From Pyrodictium abyssi (GTDB lineage Archaea > Thermoproteota > Thermoprotei_A > Sulfolobales > Pyrodictiaceae): DNA of 32,000 bases. Positions 17,400 through 26,216 of the stretch are shown piece after piece (positions within the stretch are counted from its first letter, which is position 1; every line of letters begins with the position of its first letter). Location: contig NZ_AP028907.1 in the NCBI RefSeq assembly GCF_036323395.1, positions 120,001-152,000 of the forward strand, read 5' to 3'. Position numbers and translations under genes: made by a program. A model generated the notes under the pieces. That model worked only from the letters and a program-made list of their open reading frames with translations, was not told where the DNA came from and made no database searches.

Positions 17400-17971
17400 A
17401 TCTTCACCCCGATCCTCCGGAGCAGCTTGGCGAGTTCCTTCTCTATGCCTGCTTCTCTCGCACGTCTGAGCATATAGGCTGGGTCGAGTTCTTCTATCTT
17501 CTGTGTGACCGCCTTCTTGACGTCGCTAATGTCTTTTCTCTCCCCCGAATCAGCTTAAGGATCACCAGGTCCTCTATGCTCGGCAGGTAGACGTTTCCTG
17601 TAATGTGTAAACGCTCTGGCCTCCCACTCTTCGTCAAGTATGAGTGGTGCGTAGTTTATATCGACGTGGATATCGTCCTCGACTAGGAGCCCCCATTTTC
17701 TCCACTGCACCTTAAACCCCTTGCTACGGAGCATCCCGGTAATACGGTCTCGTAGCTCCCTAGTGAATGGCGCTGTTATTGTCACATCCCAGTCTCTTGT
17801 CTCCCTCTGTAGCCCGACACCATGAAGCATTAAGGCACGTGCACCAATTATGTATACACGGAGCCCAATATTTCCCAGCAGTTCAGCTATCTGAAGCACT
17901 GTTCTAGGAATCCTCTCAACGGCTGAGTGCTCGCCTGAGCCACCGTACTGGTAGTCGTGGACCTCAGCCAT
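17396..17971 (-). pseudogene. Nucleotidyltransferase-fold (AbiEii/DUF1814-like) gene with two compensating frameshifts
   Basis: ORF 17555-17971 has YIIGARALMLHGVGLQRETRDWDVTI. After EEWEARA, homology-like coding continues in another frame (HITGNVYLPSIEDLVILKLI) and then a third step gives KDISDVKKAVTQKIEELDPAYMLRRAREAGIEKELAKLLRRIGVKI*. The shifts map to an AAA run at 17609-17611 and a TTTT run at 17534-17537 (plus-strand letters). Confidence 0.75.
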
Positions 17972-18169
17972 CTAGCCATCTAGCCCGCCCACCCGAGACG
18001 ACACAACCTGCAGTAGCGGATTATGGCTTGATTATACTCGGCTCTACAATGTAGCTCCTAGACGTTTAGACGCCGGAAGCTTGGCCCAGTCATAGCTGGT
18101 GCACCTACATCTCCTTACGTTCGCCATAGCTGTATAGACGGGGCCGTGTACCCGGGGGGTGTCTAGGGA

Positions 18170-19066
18170 TTGGGTGTGGGCCAGTTATTGCTGCTCGTGG
18201 CTGTCTTGGTGGCTTCGCTGCTGCAGACTGGTTCTGGGGCTCTGGTGTGCTATGGGCCCCGCGTGGACGGGCTGCGTAGCTTCCTGGAGGCCCAGTATGT
18301 GCCGGAGGCTGGCCTGCTGCGGGCGGCTGTAGCCGCCTATCCCGATAACGCTACCATCTGGGTTGCTAGCGATAACTTGCTGGCTGCTAGGGCGCTGCTG
18401 GTGCTCGGGTCTCCTCTTGCTGGCCGGGTCCTGGAGGCTCTGGAGGGCTATGGTGGCGGGTTTGACGGGGCCCATGAGGTGCTTATCGGGCACCGTATAC
18501 CGGGCGTGTTCTACGAGGCTGGGGAGGTTGTTCTCGGCGAGGTGTACTCGCGCAGCCTCGGGGCTGTTCTCGTGGTGAAGCGTGAGCTGCACTGCTGCAG
18601 GGTTATGGAGGACTGGGGCCGGTATGCGGATCTCGTGGTGTACCGTGCCCTGGACAGGCTGCTGGCGGGGGACATCGCGGGGGCTGAGAGGCTATACGAG
18701 CTGCTTATGGGCATGTGGGATGGCCGCGGGTTCCGCGACGCTGCTTTCGACGGCACGTACGAGTCTTACAAGCTGGCCCTCGCCGTGTACCTCCACCGGG
18801 CCCTCGCCGCTGCGGGCTCGCCGGTGGTGGAGGGGTACCGGGGCGCGGTGGAGGAGTGTTGTAGGCTCCTCGGGCTGCTCCAGAGGAGCGACGGCGGCAT
18901 AGCCACGCACTACAGGGTGGACGGCGGCGGGGCCGTGGTGCCCGTGGGTGATGCTAACGTGGAGACTACGAGTATCACGGTGCTCGCGCTCTACTCGGCC
19001 TATCCTCTAGCTGCGGGGCTGCGCGCTAGGCTGCTCGAGCTGCTGCAGGAGCCTGCCGGCGGGTGA
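18170..19066 (+). CDS. Predicted secreted/extracytoplasmic protein, possibly helical-toroid (terpenoid-cyclase-like) fold
   Basis: Signal-peptide-like N-terminus (MGVGQLLLLVAVLVASLLQTGSGA), repeated helix pairs, and ...RSDGGIATHYRVDG...VETTSITVLALYSAYPL. Confidence 0.65.
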   Translation: MGVGQLLLLVAVLVASLLQTGSGALVCYGPRVDGLRSFLEAQYVPEAGLLRAAVAAYPDNATIWVASDNLLAARALLVLGSPLAGRVLEALEGYGGGFDGAHEVLIGHRIPGVFYEAGEVVLGEVYSRSLGAVLVVKRELHCCRVMEDWGRYADLVVYRALDRLLAGDIAGAERLYELLMGMWDGRGFRDAAFDGTYESYKLALAVYLHRALAAAGSPVVEGYRGAVEECCRLLGLLQRSDGGIATHYRVDGGGAVVPVGDANVETTSITVLALYSAYPLAAGLRARLLELLQEPAGG

Positions 19067-19123
19067 GGGGCTACACACTCTTCAAGGGGAAGAGCGCCGG
19101 CTGACGCCCTCTGGGGTCTGCTG

Positions 19124-20056
19124 TTGGGCGCTGTGCTGGCTAGTTTCTGGGGTAAGGGCGGTGTGGGTAAGACTACGCTTGCCGCTGCTGCTGGGCTTGC
19201 GCTCCGGGACCGCGGGCTCCGCGTGGCCTTGATCTCTACGGACCCTACCCCGGGGCTCTCTAGGCTCCTCTGCCCCGGTGGCTCCGCTGCTCCTGGCGCG
19301 CCGGTGCGCTGCGCCGGGGTGGATGTGGTAGAGGCTTCGGAGGAGGATGTGAAGGAACTCTGGAAGAGACGCTTCGGCGACGAGGTCTACCTGGTCGTGT
19401 CTTCGCTGCTCCCGGTGGGCAGGGAGATAATAGACTATGTGGCCGGTGCTCCGGGTATTGCTGACCAGTTCATGATGTACTATGTCTACACGCTTGCCCG
19501 GGAAGGCGGCTACGACGTGGCTGTCTGGGATACGCCGGCGGCTGGTGGGAGTCTCCGGATGCTCAGGATAGAGTACGAGCTGTACAGCCACATGGGGGAG
19601 GCTGCACGGCTCTACCTGCGGGTGAAGGGGGCTCTCGAGAGGCTGCAGCGCCGCGACGAGGGCAAAACGCCGCTGGAGCTTGTTGAGGAGTGGAGGGAGC
19701 TTGCGAAGGGCATTCTGGATTTCCTAGCATCGCCGCTGCACCGGCTACACCTGGTGGCTACCCCGGACCAGCTAGGCGTATACGTGACGAGGACCCTGCT
19801 CCGGGAGTTCCGGCTACACGGTATAGAGGCGCGGAGGCTGATAGTCAACCAGCTACTCGACCCCGGGGTGTGCCCGGGCTGCCAGCTCCTCGAGAGCTGG
19901 GCGCAGAGCCAGAGGGAGGCGCTACGTGTGCTCCAGGAGCTGGGGGTCAGGACCTGCACGATACCGCTGCTCGGGGAAGAGCCTCGGAGCGTAGAGCAGC
20001 TCGCGAGACTCGCAGAGCTGTTGGAGGAGCAGGGCTGCCTAGACGCGGGCGTATAG
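19124..20056 (+). CDS. ArsA/Get3-family ATPase
   Basis: Deviant Walker A SFWGKGGVGKTTLAAAAGLALRDRG, STDPTPGLS, VWDTPAAGGSLRML, and the metal-binding CPGC motif (NQLLDPGVCPGCQ). Confidence 0.88.
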   Translation: MGAVLASFWGKGGVGKTTLAAAAGLALRDRGLRVALISTDPTPGLSRLLCPGGSAAPGAPVRCAGVDVVEASEEDVKELWKRRFGDEVYLVVSSLLPVGREIIDYVAGAPGIADQFMMYYVYTLAREGGYDVAVWDTPAAGGSLRMLRIEYELYSHMGEAARLYLRVKGALERLQRRDEGKTPLELVEEWRELAKGILDFLASPLHRLHLVATPDQLGVYVTRTLLREFRLHGIEARRLIVNQLLDPGVCPGCQLLESWAQSQREALRVLQELGVRTCTIPLLGEEPRSVEQLARLAELLEEQGCLDAGV

Positions 20057-20145
20057 GGCGAGAAGGCGAGAAGCAGGAGCGGGCGCGGAAGCGAGGCGCG
20101 TCTACACAAAATTGAGGTGCAAAAGAGTAGTGTGCAGGGGCTCTG

Positions 20146-22167
20146 CTAGCGGCCCTTGAACTTGGGCTTCCTCTTCTCTAGGAACGCTGTCACGCCCTCG
20201 ACGACGTCGTCGGTGCTGAACAGTAGGCCGAAGAGGCTACTCTCCAGCGCCATGCCAGTCCATATGTTTGTCTCCATTCCTATCTGTACCGCGTACTTGG
20301 CCGCCATTACTGCTAGTGGCGGCTTCTCGGCCAGCTTCAGCGCTAGCTGGCGGACATCCTGCTCGAGCCTCTCTGGCGGCACTACCCTGTCTACTAGACC
20401 TAGCTTAGCGGCCTCGCTGGCTGGTATCATGTCACCGGTGTAGATGAGCTCCTTAGCGCGGCTCCTGCCTATAAGCCTGGGGAGCCTCTGTGTGCCGCCA
20501 GCACCCGGTATGAAGCCTAGGTTGATCTCTGGCTGACCTAGCATCGCCGTCTCGCTTGCTATCCTGAAGTCGGCCGCCATTGCTAGCTCTAGGCCTCCGC
20601 CGAGGGTGTAGCCGTTGAGCGCCGCTATCACAGGCTTTGTGTAGTATTCTAGCTTGAAGAGTATCTCCTGGAACCTCCTAGAGTACATCATAGCCTTTAC
20701 CGGCGATATCCCCATGAACGCTGTCACGTCCGCGCCAGCGCTGAAGGCGCGGCCGCTGCCCGTGAGCACGACTACTCTTATCCTCTCGTCCTCCTCTAGC
20801 TCGTCGAGAGCCTCGCTGAGCTCACGGAGCATCTCAGGGCTTATCGCGTTGAGCTTGCTAGGCCTGTTGAGCACAATCCAGGCTATCGGCGGCTCTATCC
20901 GGATTAGAAGGGTATTCTTCTGCTGCTGCTCCACAGCGCCGTACTCGTAGAAGCCCTTGCCAGTCTTGACGCCTAGGCGGCCGTCCTGCACCATCTGCTT
21001 TAGTAGCGGGTCTGGCTCGTACTCCTCCCAGCCGGTCTTCTGCTTGAGCTTTTCTAGCGCCTCTACCACCTTGTCTATGCCGAACTCGTCGGCGTACTCT
21101 AGTATGCCCTTGGGGTAGCCGAGGCCCAGCTTAACCGCCTTGTCTATGTCATCGCGGGTCGCTATGCCCTCGCGGAGCAGGTAGGCTGCCTCGTTTATGC
21201 CGGGTGCTAGGATTAGTAGCGGGTCTACCTTCTCGCCAGCCTCCTTGGGTATGTTAGGCCTCTGGTACTTACCGGGCACCGGGTACTCGTAGAAGCCCTT
21301 GCCAGTCTTGACGCCTAGCTCTCCTTTCTCAAACTTCTCCTTGAACAGCGGGCACGGGTGCGCCCTGAAGCCGCGCTGCGCCATCGCCTGGAACACGTAG
21401 TAGAACACATCTATGCCGCTATAGTCGGCTAGCTCGAAGGCGCCCATCGGCAGGCCTAGCTTGTACTTGAGCGCCGAGTCCACCTCGACTACGCTTGCCT
21501 CACCGCGGGCTACCATGTGGCAGGCCTCGTTCAGTACACGAGCTAATATGCGGTTGACTATGAAGCCTGGCACATCCTTGTTGACCACTACCGGCTGCTT
21601 GCCGAACCGCTTAGCCAGCTCCACGGTGACGCGTACTGTCTCGTCGCTGGTCTTCTCGCCCTTTATCACCTCGACTAGCGGCATGAGCGGCGGCGGGTTG
21701 AAGAAGTGCATCCCTACGACGCGTTCGGGCCTCTTTGTGGCTGCTGCTATCTCTGTTATCGGTAGGCTGCTAGTGTTGGTGGCGAGGATAGCGTGCTCTG
21801 GGGCCTTCTCGTCGGCGAAGCGGAAGAGCTGCTGCTTGAGCTCGAGCTTCTCGGGTATAGCCTCTATCATGAAGTCTGTCTCTGACAGCACCCTGGCGAA
21901 GTCCTCGGTATAGCCTCCGTTCTTGTCGACGCTAACTACGGTCTTTATCCTCTCCATTATCTTGTCTGGGTGCTCGCGTAGCTGGCCTTTCTCGTATAGC
22001 TTGTCAAGGCTCCACCGTATACGCTTTAGCGCGTTACGGAGTATGTCCTCGGAGATGTCGGCTAGCCATACCTCGTAGCCAGCGATAGCTGCTACCTCTG
22101 CTATACCGTGGCCCATTGTGCCAGCGCCGACTACTGTTATCCTGCGTATCCTATCAACAGACGCCAT
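20146..22167 (-). CDS. Bifunctional 3-hydroxyacyl-CoA dehydrogenase / enoyl-CoA hydratase
   Basis: N-terminal NAD domain (ITVVGAGTMGHGIAEVAAIAGYEV, HFFNPPPLMPLVEVIKG, GFIVNRI), C-terminal crotonase domain (IVLNRPSKLNAISPEMLRELSEAL, LTGSGRAFSAGADVTAF, GGGLELAMAADFRIA, PGAGGTQRLPRLIG). Confidence 0.96.
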   Translation of the reverse strand: MASVDRIRRITVVGAGTMGHGIAEVAAIAGYEVWLADISEDILRNALKRIRWSLDKLYEKGQLREHPDKIMERIKTVVSVDKNGGYTEDFARVLSETDFMIEAIPEKLELKQQLFRFADEKAPEHAILATNTSSLPITEIAAATKRPERVVGMHFFNPPPLMPLVEVIKGEKTSDETVRVTVELAKRFGKQPVVVNKDVPGFIVNRILARVLNEACHMVARGEASVVEVDSALKYKLGLPMGAFELADYSGIDVFYYVFQAMAQRGFRAHPCPLFKEKFEKGELGVKTGKGFYEYPVPGKYQRPNIPKEAGEKVDPLLILAPGINEAAYLLREGIATRDDIDKAVKLGLGYPKGILEYADEFGIDKVVEALEKLKQKTGWEEYEPDPLLKQMVQDGRLGVKTGKGFYEYGAVEQQQKNTLLIRIEPPIAWIVLNRPSKLNAISPEMLRELSEALDELEEDERIRVVVLTGSGRAFSAGADVTAFMGISPVKAMMYSRRFQEILFKLEYYTKPVIAALNGYTLGGGLELAMAADFRIASETAMLGQPEINLGFIPGAGGTQRLPRLIGRSRAKELIYTGDMIPASEAAKLGLVDRVVPPERLEQDVRQLALKLAEKPPLAVMAAKYAVQIGMETNIWTGMALESSLFGLLFSTDDVVEGVTAFLEKRKPKFKGR

Positions 22168-22261
22168 GGCTGTTACACCTCTTACCTTTCTCGCTACAGC
22201 TGCCCGTTGGAGAATATTTGGTGTTCAGCCGGGTTAAAAGAGGGGGAGAGACCGTGGAGAC

Positions 22262-22284
22262 CTGGGTATAGGACTGGGTATAGG
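22262..22284 (+). repeat. Short tandem repeat CTGGGTATAGG x2 (12-bp period)
   Basis: Read directly: CTGGGTATAGG-A-CTGGGTATAGG in the gap between the acyl-CoA dehydrogenase stop and the HCDH-ECH start. Confidence 0.7.
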
Positions 22285-22318
22285 CGGGTAAAACACCCGG
22301 GTATATACGCGGGCCTGC

Positions 22319-23527
22319 TTATGTGAGTACGAGCTTTATGCCGAAGAGGTCCTTTAGCATCTGCCTTATTATCGTGAGCCTCTGTATATCGTTGGCGCCC
22401 TCGTATATGGTTGTTATCAGGGCGTCTCTCAGGTACCTCTCTACGCCCGTCTCTATGTCGACGCCCACGCCGCCGTGTATCTTTATCGCCATGTTTGCTA
22501 CTCTCTCGGCCACCTCTGTAGCGAAAGTCTTAGCCATGCTAGCTGCTATCACGAACTTCTTGTCGCCCTTGTCGGCCAGCGTAGCGGCCCAGTAGGCTAG
22601 CAGCCTAGCCGCCTCTAGCTGCATTAGCATGTCAGCAAGCTTGAACGCAATGCCCTCGAAGCTGATTATTGGGCGGCCGAATGCCTGGCGCTGGAGCGCG
22701 TAGTTTAGCGCCTTCTCGAACGCGCCCTGGGCTATGCCCACCGCCTGCGCGGCTATGCCAACACGGGTGTGGTCGTAGGTCGAGACTATTACCTTGAAGC
22801 CCTGGTCTACCGGGCCTACTACGTTCTCCTCGGGAACCTTCACCTCGTCGAGGATAACCTCGTGGGGCCTCTCGCCGCGCAGCCCAGTAACGTTGAAGCG
22901 CTGGCCCACCTTGAGGCCAGGGGTGTCGCGCTCCACTATGAAGACGGTTATGCCCCACCAGCGCTTGTCCTCCTTTGGCGGGCTTGTCCTCGCAGAGACC
23001 ACGAAGTAGTCCGCCTTGTCGGCGCCGGTTATGAATATCTTCCTGCCGGTTATCACGTAGTGGCCGTTGACCTTCTTGGCGCGGGTCTGCATCCCGGCCA
23101 CGTCGCTGCCACAGCACGGCTCTGTGTTAGCGTGTGCCGCGAACTTCTCGCCGCGCGCGACGGGGGTCACGTACTGCTTCTTCTGCTCCTCGGTGCCGAA
23201 GAGGAGTATGGGGGTAGTGAACAGTGCGCGTACAGCGACGGCTGTGCCGAAGGCGGGGCTTACCCGGGAGATCTCCTCCATCAGGATTGCCTCCATTAGG
23301 TGGCCGCCGCCCTGGCCACCATACTCCTCGGGTATGCCGACGCCGAAGAGGCCGAGCTTCTTCGCCTCCTCGAAGAGCTCGTCTGGTATCTTGTCGGTCT
23401 TCTCGATCTCCATGGCTCTTGGCTCGAGGTGCTCTTCTACGAAGCTTCTCACAGCCTTACGGAATAGCTCATGCTCCTCAGTGAGCTCTATACGGAAGTC
23501 TTCTAGGCTCTGGAAGGGGAGAACCAT
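22319..23527 (-). CDS. Acyl-CoA dehydrogenase
   Basis: GVGIPEEYGGQGGG, AHANTEPCCGSDVAGMQTRA, FKVIVSTYDHTRVGIAAQAVGIAQGA, GGVGVDIETGVERYLRDALITTIYEGANDIQRL with conserved catalytic Glu region. Confidence 0.96.
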   Translation of the reverse strand: MVLPFQSLEDFRIELTEEHELFRKAVRSFVEEHLEPRAMEIEKTDKIPDELFEEAKKLGLFGVGIPEEYGGQGGGHLMEAILMEEISRVSPAFGTAVAVRALFTTPILLFGTEEQKKQYVTPVARGEKFAAHANTEPCCGSDVAGMQTRAKKVNGHYVITGRKIFITGADKADYFVVSARTSPPKEDKRWWGITVFIVERDTPGLKVGQRFNVTGLRGERPHEVILDEVKVPEENVVGPVDQGFKVIVSTYDHTRVGIAAQAVGIAQGAFEKALNYALQRQAFGRPIISFEGIAFKLADMLMQLEAARLLAYWAATLADKGDKKFVIAASMAKTFATEVAERVANMAIKIHGGVGVDIETGVERYLRDALITTIYEGANDIQRLTIIRQMLKDLFGIKLVLT

Positions 23528-23603
23528 TGCCCAGCCCCTCGCCTACCGTTCATGCCACAGGATTGGAGCCGGGGAGGGGATAAAAACGGGATTGGAGGTG
23601 GTG

Positions 23604-24167
23604 TTAGCCCTGCTTCTGCTCCTCTACCGGCACTAGCTCGTAGGTTAGGTAGTTCTCTGGCTGTCTCCGGACCACCTCTAGCCTAACCTTCATGCCTACG
23701 CGGAGCTTCTTGGGGTCCGTCTCACGCACCCATGCCAGCACGTTGACGCCCTGGGGGAACCGGGCTACGCCAACCGTGTAGTCGGGGTAGTGCGCGAAGC
23801 TCGAGGGCTTAGTGTATATGATGGTGTACGTCAGTAGTTCGCCCTCTCCTGTTATCTCTATCCACTCCATGTCGCTCCTACGGCACTTGGGGCAGTCTGC
23901 CTGCGGCGGGAAGTAGGCTGTGCCACAGTGCTTGCACCTGGTGGCGTAGACTTTGCCCTCTGTGAGGCCCTCGAAGAACTTGCGTACTCGCTCGACGCTT
24001 ATCGTGTAGCGTATTGATAGCTCTCTCTGGTCGAACCATAGGGCGGCGCCGGTGCGCTGGTCGGGCACGATTGGGAGGCCGGTGCTCTTCTTAACCTCCT
24101 CGACGAACGCTCCCACCTGCTTCATGAACTCGTCCACCTGCTTCTTCTGGCTCATACCCGCTTGCAC
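23604..24167 (-). CDS. Zn-ribbon/OB-fold (DUF35/ChsH2-like) thiolase-associated protein
   Basis: ATRCKHCGTAYFPPQADCPKCRRSDMEWIEITGEGELLTYTIIYTKPS; adjacent to thiolase. Confidence 0.92.
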   Translation of the reverse strand: MQAGMSQKKQVDEFMKQVGAFVEEVKKSTGLPIVPDQRTGAALWFDQRELSIRYTISVERVRKFFEGLTEGKVYATRCKHCGTAYFPPQADCPKCRRSDMEWIEITGEGELLTYTIIYTKPSSFAHYPDYTVGVARFPQGVNVLAWVRETDPKKLRVGMKVRLEVVRRQPENYLTYELVPVEEQKQG

Positions 24168-24181
24168 CCCCTCAAGTGGGC

Positions 24182-25363
24182 CTAGGGCTGTAGAGAGTAA
24201 ATCATGACGTAGGCGTAGTGACCCGTGCCACCAACGTTGTTGGCCACAGCCATGCCGTTCTTCACTGGTACTTGGCGGCCCTTGTCGGCCTCGCCGCGCA
24301 GCTGCTTTGCCAGCTCGACCGCCATGCCTACGCCGGTAGCGCCTAGCGGGTGGCCCTTAGCCTTCAGGCCGCCGCTCACGTTCACTGGTATGAGGCCGCC
24401 GATGTATGTCTGGCCTTCGCGTATCAGCTTGTAGCCCTCGCCGGGCTTGGCGAAGCCTAGCTCCTCGTACGTCAGTATCTCCGCTATGGTGAAGGCGTCG
24501 TGAACCTCAGCGGCGTCGAGGTAGCGTGCCGGGTTTTCGGGGTCGATGCCAGCCTTCTTGTAGGCCATCCTGGCTGCTTCCATTACGCCGCGGCGTAGGA
24601 GGAAGTCCGGCCTCCTACTGATATTGGAGGTGTCCGAGGCTGTGCCTATCGCCTTTATCCAGACAGGGGTGTCTGTGAGCTTACGGGCTACCTCCTCGCT
24701 GGCGAGTATGACTGCTGCCGACCCGTCTGTTATGGGGCTGCAGTCGAAGAGCTTGAGGGGCCAGGCTATGTAGCGGGACTGCATGCACTGCTCGAGCGTT
24801 ATCTGCCGGGGGAAGTGCGCCTTGGGGTTCATACTGGCGTAGTAGTGGTTCTTGACCGCTACCCTGCAGAGGTCCTCCTCGGTAGCGCCGTAGCGGGCCA
24901 TGTACGCGGTAGCGTAGAGCGCGTAGTAGCCGGGGAATGTTAGGCCGAAGTTCTCGAACTCCCAGAAGTAGTTGCCGGCACGGCCTATGAGCTCGACAAC
25001 GGTGGGCGTGGGCGACTCGTTCATCTTCTCAACGCCGACCACGAGGACTATGTCGGCTTCGCCGCTCGCAACAATGTCGTGGCCCAGCTTTATGGCAGCG
25101 CTACCTGTGGCGCACGCGGCCTCGACCCTCACGGTGCCGCGGGGGGTGAGCCCCGCGTACTCGTTTATGACCACTGCTGGTAGGGGCTCGCTACTCCATA
25201 CACCGACGTTCCCGTATACGACGTAGTCTATGTCCTCCTGGCCTATACCAGCATCGTCTAGCGCCTGCTTAATGCTCTCCCAAGCGAGCTCCGCGAGGCT
25301 TACGTCGTTACGGTACCCGTACTTGGAGTGACCTACACCAACTATGGCTACTCGGCGGCCCAA
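24182..25363 (-). CDS. Thiolase / acetyl-CoA acetyltransferase (SCP-x-like, archaeal type)
   Basis: RRVAIVGVGHSKYG, VEAACATGSAAIKLG, NVSGGLKAKGHPLGATG, NGMAVANNVGGTGHYAYVMI. ORF runs to 25456 but the TTG at 25363 (GRRVAIVG...) fits the family N-terminus better. Confidence 0.93.
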   Translation of the reverse strand: MGRRVAIVGVGHSKYGYRNDVSLAELAWESIKQALDDAGIGQEDIDYVVYGNVGVWSSEPLPAVVINEYAGLTPRGTVRVEAACATGSAAIKLGHDIVASGEADIVLVVGVEKMNESPTPTVVELIGRAGNYFWEFENFGLTFPGYYALYATAYMARYGATEEDLCRVAVKNHYYASMNPKAHFPRQITLEQCMQSRYIAWPLKLFDCSPITDGSAAVILASEEVARKLTDTPVWIKAIGTASDTSNISRRPDFLLRRGVMEAARMAYKKAGIDPENPARYLDAAEVHDAFTIAEILTYEELGFAKPGEGYKLIREGQTYIGGLIPVNVSGGLKAKGHPLGATGVGMAVELAKQLRGEADKGRQVPVKNGMAVANNVGGTGHYAYVMIYSLQP

Positions 25364-25577
25364 GAGGAGCCAACACCCGGGCCCAGTTATAGCCCCGGTA
25401 CACGGGACGGAGGGGCAACGATGCCGGGGCTTAGCCGGGCACCACAGCCCTCCCACACAGTATTAAGCCTAGCTCCTTGACCTGGTGCACCACTAGGACG
25501 AGCCAGCGGATGCCGTTACGCATTCTTATTACTCCCTGATCCAGGCTATTCACCCGTACCTCTGGGGGCAGGAGAAC

Positions 25578-25916
25578 ATGGACTTCGAGTCCCTAAGGAA
25601 AGCCTTCCTAGAAATAGCTGAGAAGGCAAAGGAGAAGATAGGAGACGAAATGAAGACGTGGAGCCGTGTCTTCCAGTTCGTGCTCGATGACGGGACAGAG
25701 TTCTACGTCGAGATCCAGGGCGGCGAGGTATCTGTCCAGCAGGGTCGCCATCCCTCGCCGGTAGCCACACTTGCCACTGACAGCGCTACCCTAGAGAAGA
25801 TACTCCGAGGAGAACTCGACGCCATGGCGGCGTTCATACGCGGAAAGATGCGGATTACTGGTAACGTCCTTGAAACCATCAAGCTCCGCAAGATGCTAGA
25901 AGCTGCTAAAGGCTAA
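25578..25916 (+). CDS. SCP2 sterol-binding-domain-like protein
   Basis: 112 aa; WSRVFQFVLDDGTEFYVEIQGGEVSVQQG...ATLATDSATLEKILRGELDAMAAFIRGKMRITGNVLETIKL is SCP2-like. Confidence 0.82.
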   Translation: MDFESLRKAFLEIAEKAKEKIGDEMKTWSRVFQFVLDDGTEFYVEIQGGEVSVQQGRHPSPVATLATDSATLEKILRGELDAMAAFIRGKMRITGNVLETIKLRKMLEAAKG

Positions 25917-26216
25917 GGACGCACTAACGCTCGGCACCCCGTCGTGCACGTGTGGCCGGATTTTCGGGTTTTCACTACTCCCCGCACTAGTCCCTGTTTT
26001 GGCGCGGTCTCCTGATTATTATCGCTGCGGCCATGTCTAATATTATCTTACATGAGAAAAACTGAATATTTTCGACTAGCTGACAGAGTAACGGGACAAC
26101 TCACACTCCGCCCAGGCTCCCGATGCACCATCTATATGCTCCCCGTTGGCAGCCCCTGGGCTCAGCCCAACACCCGGGGAGCCCTGGAGCTATACAAGCT
26201 TAGGCAGGGGGTCAGA

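Noticed and set aside
17534-17611. Programmed ribosomal frameshifting in the nucleotidyltransferase
   Set aside because: Two opposite shifts at plain homopolymer runs with no obvious slippery-site/structure arrangement; mutation or sequencing error is simpler.
19082-19591. 169-aa minus-strand ORF opposite the ArsA-like gene
   Set aside because: Antisense shadow ORF; the plus-strand frame has diagnostic ATPase motifs.
20156-20443. Plus-strand ORFs opposite the HCDH-ECH gene (also 21461-21913)
   Set aside because: Reverse-strand artefacts of the 673-aa bifunctional gene; no independent start or promoter support.
22632-23117. 161-aa minus-strand ORF within the acyl-CoA dehydrogenase
   Set aside because: Alternative frame of a strongly conserved gene with biased composition.
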